DNA of 64,000 nt from Eledone cirrhosa (lineage: Eukaryota): assembly GCA_964016885.1 (NCBI GenBank), contig OZ024742.1, forward strand, positions 124,372,001 to 124,436,000, in the 5' to 3' direction. Positions 45,216-56,887 of this stretch are shown piece by piece (the stretch's first letter is position 1; each line of letters starts with the position of its first letter). Made by a program: the position numbers and the translations under genes. The notes beneath the pieces were generated by a model that worked only from the letters and a program-made list of their open reading frames with translations, made no database searches and was not told the DNA's origin.

Positions 45216-46238
45216 CATAACACCAATGCTAGGCAATCTGGGATTGAAATACTAAAGATACTTTAGAAGGAAAATAGATTTACATTAAGATATTTCATAG
45301 GATATTTACAGTGACCATGTTCATTGAATGCTATTCTATGCTAGCAGTATTCTATTTTTAAGAAGGTCTTTTTGGAGGATAGTGTTGGAAATCTAATATA
45401 GATGGTGTTACTATAATATAGAAAGTTATGTGAACACCTACGAAATGTTAATGTTTTCAATCTGTTAATGTATGTAAAGGAACAATCAGTACGACAGAAT
45501 TCCATAATAGATGCATCATAATATGCACCGTATAAATGTTTTTCATTGGGAAGAGAATGCCCATGACAAAAACGGGCGTTTTAATAGGAGAATAGCATGG
45601 CAATAATTAACATTATTTTCAAGTGTTGTACTTTGCTTCACGTGTATCTGCCTATATTCTAAAAATCTAGTCATATAGATTAGAAACTCGGTTCGGTTCG
45701 GAATTCGGAAGATATTAAATTTATCTCTCACCTGATGATGGCCGACCAATACAGCAACTGGAATGCTACGATTACAAGAACAAACATGAGAACATTCGTC
45801 AAAATACATCAGTGTATAAAAGATTATTTTACTTAAGGTTTGGTGAGTGAATTTTAATTGAGTTTTTGCCTAAATCCCAAGTTCAGTCCTCCATATTGTT
45901 TTAATCCCTATATAGTTTCCATGCAGGTAGTAATTTCGGAAAACTTTTAAAATGTTAATATTGTAATATTGAAGTGAATGTGTGTATATTTAATTCCTAA
46001 TTCTTTATAGATGTTGTACATGCTTAAAATATCAGTCTTACCTTAAATAGAAATGGAAACCGAGGGTATAAAGAAGATTATTTGTTTTTCACAGGTTGAT
46101 ATATGCGAATGTCTGCGTGTAAACGATCTCTTCCCCTCTCTCACTATTTATATATATATGTATATAGAAAAAAAGATGAAATCGAAAATGCAACTGGAGT
46201 CATATTTGAAAAAAAAATTATATATATTTATTTGGTTC

Positions 46239-46274
46239 CTTTACCGGTTTCGCTGTTCTTCTGCTTTTCAAAAG
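46239..46274 (-). ncRNA. Minimal hammerhead variant (U3-A8)
   Basis: ctt-TTGAAAA-GC agaagaaca GC-GAAA-CCGGT-A-aag. Lies in a repeat shared with 54993-55120 and next to an inversion junction at 46295-46335. Confidence 0.6.
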
Positions 46275-46549
46275 TAGAGTTGAAATGGAGGATCTGTGGT
46301 TTTTCTCACATCTCACAGATGTGAGAAAAACCACATCATCAATGGTACTAGTACTCCCGTTGTATTGTAAAACCTACGCCATTTTTATAATACAACGGGA
46401 GGAAACATAATAGTACCATGTCGCAGATGTGTGACGAAAGAACTTTGATAGACTATATATATATATTTAAATCTGTATGTTTAACCTTTGGTCAATCAAT
46501 GATACATATTGATTGCCAAATAGATTAATTATGGAGATATAAAATATTC

Positions 46550-46632
46550 AGAAACGAAAACCAATCCAAACCAAACAGTGCGTGTGATCTGTTATTATTT
46601 CTGGCAATATGACCCTCCCCAAGTATATCAAT
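46550..46632 (+). repeat. Fragment related to the Naiad pLTR end
   Basis: ccaaacagtg.gtgtg.tctgttatta...atatgaccctccc.aagtatatca matches 60600-60681. Confidence 0.75.
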
Positions 46633-46656
46633 CAATATATGTATATATATATATAT

Positions 46657-46860
46657 ATTACTTCAAAATATTAATAAATATAGACATTCATGTGATCAAA
46701 TATATTTTATTATAGATATTTGATCACCTGAATGTATATATTTATTAATATTTTGAAGTAATATTAATAACTCCAGAAAACCTCGCTGTAGAGTGGTTAT
46801 AATCTATTGTGAAACTTGATTCATTGATAAATTCATTGAACCTTATTAAACTTTTAATTA
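46657..46860 (+). mobile_element. Family c remnant: hairpin plus tail
   Basis: 46657-46704 pairs with 46716-46763; tail is the reverse of 28826-28920. Confidence 0.7.
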
Positions 46861-48042
46861 TATATATATATATGCGTAATATTATAGAACAATAACACTA
46901 TAAGTAGCACTCGACAGTTGGTAGAACTGGAGTATATATAATAAAGATGTAATCATAAATATGTAATCATAAATCCTACAAGACCTTTCACAAAGTATAT
47001 AGCTGATGTCCTATAACATATTCCACGAGTGACTGTTGTCTTTACATACCTTTCATTATATTCTACAATTTATTATTTTGGTTTTCTCATTATATATTAA
47101 GCCTTTGATCTTCTTTTTCTATAGCCTTAGATTTTCGGTCAAACCTTCGAAGATTTTTAAACAAATGATGACGACACATTATAATTAGATTTTCTCTACG
47201 TTTTCTTCTACGTTTATAAATCATTCTAGGATTCCTTTATTTGGTTGTTGATATAAAATAAATATTAAGTAGTATACCCCACATATATATTTTTACTAGA
47301 AATTAGTAATTTTGACATAGATAGACTATTTTATTTTATTTTATAAAAATCCTTTTATATTAATTTTACTAATAAATGTTTACACTTCTTAATCCAATTT
47401 TTAGTATTTAAACCGAATATAAAATAATATACTCAGTTTCTATATTTAGACCTCTAATATTTGAATACCTTCTATAATATTTGCATGTACACCTCATCAA
47501 TTTAGTTTTTAACCGTTATTTACAGCTGTTTCCATTTTGACAGCGTTCCTGATCAAAAGTCTCTCTCTCTCCCTCTCTATCTCTTTCTCTCTCTCTCTAA
47601 CTTGTTATCTCTCTGTTTCCCTCTTTTTTTCTTTCTTCTCTTTCTTTTTTCTTTTTCTCTTCTTTCCTCTTCCACTATTTTCCTATCTATTTCTTACTAA
47701 AGTATTAACACTTATATCTCTGTCATATGTAGAATTAGCACTTTCCTATAAACAAGTGCTATTATGCCTCATTGTACCTTATTTTATCTGAAAAGAACAC
47801 CATTTCTGTCCCAGGATGATTTTGTATTCGAAATACGTATATTAAAATATATAGAACTCTTATAACCATCTGTTATTTCATCTGTATTATATATACTCCA
47901 GTTCTACCAACTGTCGAGTTGTAATATGCATAGTTTTATTCTTCTCCAATATTACTCACCTTCTATAGTAACTTGCTCCTTGACTGTTTGAGCGCTAACT
48001 GTTATATCGGATACTAGTGATGGTCTCTATTTCTATTAAATC

Positions 48043-50560
48043 ATGGATTACTATAGCATCACATATTTCACTTAAAACATACCTATACCGGGAAAAACTG
48101 AATACACAAAACTTTTGATAGAAAAAACGGACTCTTTCGTACAGAGGCTTAGATAGATCGCCCATTTCCATGACCAGCGCTTAAAAGGAAATTATTTAAC
48201 TCCAGAAGAAATCCTCCCTTTATTAAAAACTTAGCACATTTTGAAAACGAATTAACTAAATTTATACGAGGACTTAAATTCAAAAGAAACCCTTATCGAG
48301 GCCAGGTATACCTTATCAACCTTAAGAATATAATTTATGACCTTAATTCTTCTAAAAACGTAATAGTTCATTCTGACAAAACAAATAATGTATATGGCAT
48401 AAGTAAGGATAATATAATAACATTATCCTTAAAAAACTAAGAAAAAATTATCGTAAAACTACGCACGATAGTCTGGATTCTATCAATAGAGAAGCATATG
48501 AGATAATAATCAACCTCGGAATTGAGAAAAAAACAGAACCCTTCTTCCCAAGAACTCCGAGGATTAGTCTGAAGGACCATAAAATAAATTTTCGAACAGA
48601 CCTGCACCTTCTAAATCTGACCTAGGGGTTGTTAGTAAATCCATCTTGGATAACATTATCCCAGAGGTTAGGCATAAATCTCAACTAAATTTATGGTTCG
48701 GTTCATCTGAAGTAATAGACTGGTTCAATAACCTAAAAAATAAAAACAAACTGAAATTTATTCAATTAGACATTTCTAACTATTACTCATCTATTTCACC
48801 TTCACTCCTAAACAAGGCTCTCTCATATGCTTTAAAATATACGGACATTACTAATGAGGAAATAAATATCATTCTCACCACTAGGAAAACCATATTGGAT
48901 TTTAAGAACGAATATTGGACAAGAGCGGATACTTCCAACAATTTCGACATCACCATGGGTTCTTCGGATTCAGCTTAAATGAACGACTTAGTTGGAATTT
49001 CCATCTTGAATTCTTTAAACCGGAAAATACCCCAACTCTGCAGTGGGATTTATCGTGATGATGCTCTCTTTACTTCTCTAATTGTAACACCGTAAACTTT
49101 AATATACTTAAGAACAAATACTTGATCTATTTAAGCCTCTTAACTTAAAAATGTAATTCGAGAATAATGATAAAGTAGCAATTTTCCTTGATATATCCCT
49201 TAATCTAGATACCGGCCCATATTACCAATCGCATAAGGATAATGAGAACTTAAATTACATTAACTTTAAATCTAACTACCCTAATAACGTTAAAACTGCT
49301 ATAGTGAAAAAAGAGTAGAAAAAAGAATTTCTAATTTATCTTCTAATAAAGATATCTTCGAAGCTAATGCCAACTATTATAATAATGCGCTATCTAGGGC
49401 TGCATGTATAGACACAATTAGATATACTAAAGCACTTAATCTTGGCAGAGGTTATAATAACTCCAGTAATGTAGGTAGTAATAATCATACTGCTAACAAA
49501 AGGAGGAGACCTAGATATAAACATATCCTTTGGTACAACGCTCCCTTCTCTCTTTCCGTTATTAGTGGATTGGCAGTATCGGTAGAGGGTCGGACGCCAT
49601 GCTTTCAAGCATAGTTACGTCCCTTTACGATCTGAGTTCAAATCCAGCCGAGGTTGACTTTGCCTTTCATCCTTACGGGGTCGATAAAATAAAGTACCAA
49701 TAATGCACTGGGGATTGCTGGCCTTGTGCCTAAAGTAGAAACAGTTATTAATAATATCCCTAAATTATTTTTTAGGGCATTACATAACAGCTTCCCTCAT
49801 TCACATATATATAGCAATATTTTCAATAGGCATACTATTAAATTCTCGTATTCTAATACTTCGAACGTTTCAAAAATTATCTCAAGATATAATTCTAAAA
49901 TATTAAATAATAACTCATATGCATCCAATCGTGACAGTCATAATAATAACAGTATAACGCACGACGTCAATGTAAACTGTAGGCAAAATTACACAAGTAT
50001 AAATACGACGTCAAACGTAACTTTGAGGAATGCATCAAATACTAATGTAAATCTTGAAACTCTACCACCTCCTTTATTTAATTCCACCACTCCTGATCAT
50101 AATATAATTAATCCTGGGCCACTTGCTAATAACTCTGTAAATAATCTTAATCGTAAATGCAACTGCCATATTAGAACTAATTGTCCTCTTAGTAATTTCT
50201 GTCTCTATAAAAACCTAGTATACGAATGTAAAGTGGTAACTAGTAATCCATTCCTATACCTACATCTTGAAAGCAAGATTCTATAATCATTCTTCTACAT
50301 TTAAATCTCTACTTAAAAGGACCAGCACCGCACTCTCAGAACTTATTTAGTCCTTAAAAGACAAAAACATAAATTACGAAATTTCTTGGCATAAAATCTA
50401 CAATGCATCTCCATACTCAAATGCTTCCATATCTAGTGTTTGTAATTTATGCCTAGTTGAACAATTTACCATTATCCCGAATTTCAACCCAATAATATAT
50501 TGAAGAACCGATTTATTTGGACTATGTAATCATAAATCCTACAAGACCTTTCACAAAGTA
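48043..50560 (+). pseudogene. PLE RT + GIY-YIG endonuclease, disrupted
   Basis: NIPIP N-terminus; FIQLDISNYYSSI, FDITMGSSDSA, GIYRDDAL, WYNAPFS, CNC...CPL...C...[14 protein letters not shown]. Confidence 0.85.
49565..49750 (+). mobile_element. Full-length SINE family 1 inserted in the PLE ORF with a 7-bp TSD
   Basis: A-box tggcagtatcgg, B-box gagttcaaatcc; GTTATTA at 49558-49564 and 49744-49750. Removal restores ...FSLSVINNIPK... Confidence 0.92.
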
Positions 50561-51078
50561 TATAGCTGATATCCTATAACATATTCCACATCTTTCATTA
50601 TATTCTACAATGTATTATTTTGGTTTTCTCATTATATATTAAGCCTTTGATCTTCTTTTCTATAGCCTTAGATTTTCGCTCAAACCGTCATAGATTTTCT
50701 AAACAAATGATGACGTCAGATTATAATTAGATTTTCTACGTTTATAAATGATTCTAGCAATTTCCTTTATTATTAAATAAAAATTAAATAGAATACTCCA
50801 CATATATATTTTTACTAGAAATTAGTAATTTTGACATAGATAGACTATTTTTATTTTATTTTATAAAAATCTTTTTATATTTATTTTAGTGATACATTTT
50901 TACACTTCTTAATCAAATTGTTAGTATTTAAGCACAATATAAATTAATATAGCTAGTTTCTATATTTAGACCTCTAATAGTTGAATACCTTCTATAATAT
51001 TCGCACGTACACCTCATCAATTTAGTTTTTACCATTATTTACAGCTGTTTTCATTTTGACAGCATTCCTGATCAAAAG

Positions 51079-51154
<76 letters not shown>

Positions 51155-51476
51155 CTCTCTCTCTCTCTCTCTCTCTCCATTCTCTCTCTCTCTCTTCCTC
51201 CTTCTGTTTTTTTCTTTCTTCTCTCTCTTTTTTCCTTTTACTCTTCCTCTTGCCTTTTCTTCTATTTTCCTATCTATTTCTTACTATAGAATTACCACTT
51301 ATATTTCTGTCATATGTAGAATTAGCACTTTCCGATAAACAAGTGCTATTATGTCTCATATCATTGTATCTTATTTTATCTGAAGAGAACACAATTTCTC
51401 ACCCAGGATAATTTTGTATTCGAAATACCTATAATAATATATATGGAACTCTTATAACCATCTTTTATTTCATCTT

Positions 51477-51516
<40 letters not shown>

Positions 51517-51717
51517 CATAGTTTTGTAGTTTGGTTGAAGCATTGTTGAATACCTGTCTATACCCACTCTATATACATTATAATCAATACAGAAATGGCT
51601 TCTACGGGACTACATTCGAAGGAAATCATCTACTATGTTGTGTACATTACTTACAGTGGTTACCTCCTATTCAACACCTGTCCTTGTGTTTGTGTTTGTG
51701 TGTGTGTGTATGTGTGT

Positions 51718-51818
<101 letters not shown>

Positions 51819-53269
51819 TGTGTTTGCGTATGTGTGTATAAATCATGTTTAGAAGGCATATCCCCCTGTAGAGACGTCAACATGTCATTATTAAGTTAAT
51901 TTTGAACACAAAATGAAATGAAATGTACAGCGTACTTGACATTGCTGTTTCGTGTATGTAAACACTTAATTTTTCTCGGAAGATTATTTCTTATTACATT
52001 AAAATCCACATGTATTAATTTCTTCCTGATATAATCAAGAATTATTACAAAAGCAAGTGTTCCTCCATTCACGTTAATTAACAGAACCATCTATGACGGT
52101 GTATTTGTTTAAGCTCTTTGCATTCTCTGTTCAAATCTATCTTCAATGCTAGACTAACCCATCATCTGGTTTACTTACACCGTTTGGCTATCATTGGTTC
52201 GGTAATGGGATTGAGGATAATTTCTTTTCTCCCTCCGACCAGTTACGAAGACACTGAACATGTTCATGAGCAGTACTCATTCTGTCGTCTAAATATATTT
52301 CATATTTTAATGTATGGTACGATACAATTTATTTCTGAAAAAAAAATTAAGTACAAAATTATGAACGTAACAATTGCAATAAAAGTAATGAATGTTAATA
52401 CTTAATACTGATTAAATGATTTTAGTTAAAAAGAAACACACACGAATTTTTCTATAAATCAGATTTATCTGCGATGACATATTCGCCGTTCAAAACCAAG
52501 AAACAGATTTTTCATTACATGTAAATATTGCATTATAACGTGAATGAACGTAGAATGTGTTTATTCTCAGTAATCATGGATGATTGCCTAATAAATTAAT
52601 TGACAGAAACGATTTCAACTGATAATAATTAATCTGCTTTTCTTCTATTGTAAGTATTTAGTATTACATTAAGTCTCTTATGAATGATGGCATACTGCAT
52701 TTAATTTACAGTAGCAATTGTTTATTACTATTTCGCAAAACAACATCAGAATAAATCAAGCAAATTTTTAAGCAGGTTAATCCATTAAAAACAAAAAAAA
52801 AGAAATTGAGAAATCTAGAGATTCATTTCATCAAAAAAGAACGTAAGAAATACTGATCAACAAATTAAATAATTTCCTGAGCAGTGAAAACATATTACTT
52901 CTAATATTTCGGACAAATGCATTTTCGTAGAAAGAACACGAATCTTTTAATTGTTTCTGCGAATGATATACTTGAACTAAACGTCAGGTTTCATATTTAT
53001 TTATTCATTTGTTACGTCATTAAACGAATACTTATTTCAAAATATAATAGACATATAAATATGCTACGAACACATTCGGTATCGAGTGCTGATGATTTTG
53101 AATACAGTACACTACAAAATATGAAACTCTGGCTATGATAAAATTGGTTCTTTTTTAAATCCATTTTCTTTTATCAATATACATTACTATATATGCGTGT
53201 GTGTGTGTGTGCATGCGCATTCATACCCCCCCCCCCCATTTATATATCTCCCTTATATATATAGAACAC

Positions 53270-53710
53270 TGCAAGCTAATATCCGTAGTGGTAGAGCACT
53301 CAGTGCATAGGACGAGTTAGGTAGAAGTGTGGACTTTATATTGATGAACGAATACATATTCTAAAGAGATTATGCAATAGTGATTGCCTAAACACGAGAA
53401 ATGAATCTCTTCACACGTTATCCACACGTCTCGCAACACCTCTTACATAACTACAAAGCTCCGGATTGAATCACAACAACATCCTAATTTTCTTACCAAC
53501 TAGAACCTGTTCGGACTTTCGCAGTTATCACTCTTACACCACTCGCACGCTTTTTAGTATTGCCTGTGTGAAGTAACGGTTTCTGCGCATGCGCGTTCGT
53601 ACGGTTGTCCTCCCTGTTCCGTATAACCATGTCCATTACGAGCTGAGGATCTGCTAAGGTGAAACAATTGTTCTCGGTATGGTGAACTAAGTGTTGTGTA
53701 ACCACTTCTA
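53270..53710 (+). mobile_element. 3' end of the Nematis-like PLE family seen at 61610-63137
   Basis: Homologous to 62745-63137; ends at TA repeats. Confidence 0.85.
53634..53682 (+). ncRNA. Hammerhead ribozyme motif in pLTR
   Basis: cgag-CTGAGGA-tctgctaaggt-GAAA-CAATTGT-T-ctcg. Confidence 0.7.
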
Positions 53711-53719
53711 TATATATAT

Positions 53720-54761
53720 GGACGTTTTTTTGGAAGCCTAAACATTGGGTAAATCTCCGAGTAAGAAAATCAGATGTATATGATTGAATGTGACAGGTGT
53801 AATGAATTTTACATCGGTTACACCATCCGATTTCTACACGTCCGCCTCAAAGACATGTCAACAGCAGAGCCTTGTTTTTTCCGAAAACACATAATCAAAT
53901 GCGAAAACGGTAGCGCCGTTGCCACAGTGTCCTCGAAGGAGCGCATCATTGGAACTTTAAGGATCAAGGAAGCACGCTGGATGAAACGTCTCGGGCCGCG
54001 AATCAATAATCGATCCGAGAGAAGTAAGTCCAGATGGCTAGTATAAATAATACAACAGACATACACGTATGGGGACAGTCGAGTGAATGTTATTGTGTAT
54101 GTATGGTATTTACCGCTCACTGACCAATACAGACATAATAAAAAACGAACACACTAATGCCACCACGTCTGTCACCAACCTAAATACTACTGACAGCAAT
54201 GATAAGTACATACAAACCCACCACCCCACTACTCTAGTAGTGCTACTACCTTTAGTTGATCGCACTAATTTTTGTATCTCGGTTATTTGTTGAGGCAAGA
54301 TATAAACAGCTACTATCACAATGCAATTGTAACCTAAGCAAACATGAAAGGAGAGCCCAACTCCCACTGTCATCGCCTCCATCTCTATGACCCTCAGCGC
54401 CGCACAGGCGCTCGATAGAGTATTTCAGTTGTACGCACACGGTAATCAAAGAAAGCCGCGCGTTGTCCCTTTTCCGACACTCTTTCCCCTCGGAAGACCC
54501 ACCTGTTGATGGCTGTGAGATCCGAAATATAAGGAGCAATACACCGCTTCCAAAGTAATTCTATCTCTTGTTGTATGTTTATGCTATTCTCACGCTCTTT
54601 TACGACCCCCTTTCTCAGGTTTTTCCTACGTCTCTCTCTTTCTCTCTCATCTCACAATCACCTGATTTTGTTACCCGGAATTTAACCCATCTCCCTTGTT
54701 AAAGCTTCCAAAAGGACTATTTTTCATATTCCGGAATGCTTCAAGCAGACTTTAACACACA

Positions 54762-54762
<1 letters not shown>
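53720..54762 (+). mobile_element. 5'-truncated PLE: GIY-YIG remnant plus 3' region
   Basis: MYMIECDRCNEFYIGYTIRFLHVRLK...LRIKEARWMKRLGPRINNRSE (53774-54046). Confidence 0.78.
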
Positions 54763-54853
<91 letters not shown>

Positions 54854-54877
54854 TAAATATATATAATAAAAAAAAAA

Positions 54878-54922
54878 TATACAAGTTTCGGGCGAGAGAG
54901 AGGACTATCCGTCATCAGTTCT
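54878..54922 (-). ncRNA. Isolated degenerate hammerhead motif between (TA)n tracts
   Basis: CTGATGA-c-GG...CC-GAAA-CTTGT-A; stem I is weak. Confidence 0.45.
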
Positions 54923-54926
54923 CTAC

Positions 54927-54992
<66 letters not shown>

Positions 54993-54996
<4 letters not shown>

Positions 54997-55120
54997 AGAT
55001 GCGAGAAAAATCACAAACCCTCCATCTCAAATCTACTTTTGAAAAGCACAATAACTGTGAAGCCGGTAAAGAAAAACAATAAATACTCTTAAAAAGATTT
55101 ACGATTTCATCTTTTTTCCT
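54993..55120 (+). repeat. Copy of the 46165-46315 repeat with a decayed U3-A8 hammerhead (55036-55071)
   Basis: Reverse-complement similarity to 46165-46315. Confidence 0.7.
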
Positions 55121-55187
55121 TATAATTTCACTCGTGTAGGACATATCGTTTCTTTTTCATTTTGAAAAGGAAACTTCATTTTCTTTT

Positions 55188-55225
<38 letters not shown>

Positions 55226-55734
55226 TAGTTAATGCAATAATTATGTTGATCACTGGAGGTGATAACAAGATGACCATTCTATGTTATAGCAGAGTATATA
55301 CATTACGTTTGACAAGACGATGTTTTAAGTTAAAATGTATTTTTGTTTTGATAATCTATCCTTGCGTATATTTCCTAGATGAGTGACTCAGGTGTTATAT
55401 TAAATTCGTACACGTGAGATTGGTATCAATTTGTTCATTAGACGTGTTGTTAAGAACACTAACAATTTAGATCTCATTTCCAGTTTACATCAATTTCGTG
55501 TGCTATTGTGTGGGTATATTGTTTGGATTTTGCTCAAATAGTAGTTGGTATTTCAACTTCTCTAACGACAAAATACCCAACAACAACAATATCTAGCCCA
55601 ACACAAACAGCAACAAGAACAGCATCAGAACTATTACACCAGGCAGGGTGGAAATAACAGTTGTATTCCTTAAAGTGTTATCAATATGGTTTCAATGGGG
55701 TGATAGCTGCATATAAATACAGTGAAACACTAAA

Positions 55735-55777
<43 letters not shown>

Positions 55778-55906
55778 TCTCATCTCCCACTATTATACGC
55801 AAATAGAGGGGAGGTAATGCCCTGAAGGAATAGAGTAGGGATTCCTGAGTGTCGATATTTTAAAATGGAAACATGGTTTTTAATGTACATCCTCCGTTTA
55901 TTATAT

Positions 55907-56092
55907 AATTGTTTCTACTTTTGGCACAAGGCCAGCAACTATCCCAGTGTATTCCTGGTACTTTATTTTATCGACCCCGTAACGATGAAAGGCAAAGTTA
56001 ACCTCGGTGGGATTTGAACTCAGACCGTAAAGAGACGTAACTATGCTAGAAAGCATGGCGTCCGACTCTCTACCGATACTGCCAATTCACCA
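55907..56092 (-). mobile_element. Full-length SINE family 1
   Basis: Reverse-complement match to 49565-49750. Confidence 0.9.
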
Positions 56093-56132
56093 AAGAGTGG
56101 ATGTACATTTAAGAGCGTCTCTCTTCTTTATA

Positions 56133-56181
<49 letters not shown>

Positions 56182-56229
56182 TAATATACATATATATATA
56201 TAATATGTATATATATATATTTATAATAG

Positions 56230-56340
<111 letters not shown>

Positions 56341-56586
56341 TAGCGAGGTTTGTTATATGAAGTCGTGTGTCGAAACAGATATTGTTATACTTGGGGAGGG
56401 TCATATTTGCGTAATATTGCAAGAATTAATAACAGAACACACTCAATGTTTGGTTGGTTCTCTTTTATATATATATATCTGCGATCTAACTTACTCGGTC
56501 CTCAATGTTGCCATTGACTGACCGACGGTCAAAAATAATACAGATACAATATAGACACAAACACATATATATAGTTTACATAATTT

Positions 56587-56627
56587 ACATAAATCTTTCG
56601 TTGCACATCTGCAACATCGTCAGTGGT
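56587..56627 (-). ncRNA. Hammerhead motif in the Naiad 3' pLTR
   Basis: CTGACGA-t-GTTGCA gatg TGCAAC-GAAA-GATTT-A; stem I is only ~2 bp. Confidence 0.62.
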
Positions 56628-56887
56628 GTTATATTTTTTTCCTCCTGTTGTGTTGTATGTCTACGCCATTTTTTATTCAGTCCGTCTATATATTTATTTA
56701 TTTATTTGTTGTTTGTTTATTTTATTTTGCGTATGCGTTTGCGTGTGTGTATAGTGTTATGTGTGCTGTGCGACTAGTGTGTATAGTGTTGTGTCTGTTG
56801 GGTGACTAGTGTGTGTTTATGTGCTTGTTGTTATTGTGCTTGTGTATGTATTTATTTATCTTATTTTATTTTATTTTATTTACTTAT

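Larger units (their letters stand above)
46870..51530 (+). mobile_element. Penelope-like element, YRDD type (Nematis-like), with ~0.95-kb direct pLTRs and a short inverted 5' piece
   Basis: 46961-47895 is repeated at 50524-51490; 46870-46949 is inverted relative to 47879-47955; RT + GIY-YIG lie between. Confidence 0.88.

Noticed and set aside
47808-47845. Hammerhead in the Nematis-like pLTR (caggatga...GAAA-TACGTAT-A)
   Set aside because: Palindrome present, but the core is mutated in both pLTRs and the stems are not supportable
49565-49650. tRNA gene
   Set aside because: The A/B boxes belong to a multi-copy SINE head with a TSD; no cloverleaf
52172-52295. Minus-strand exon-like segment with a GTAAGT donor
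   Set aside because: Stops in all three frames and a weak acceptor
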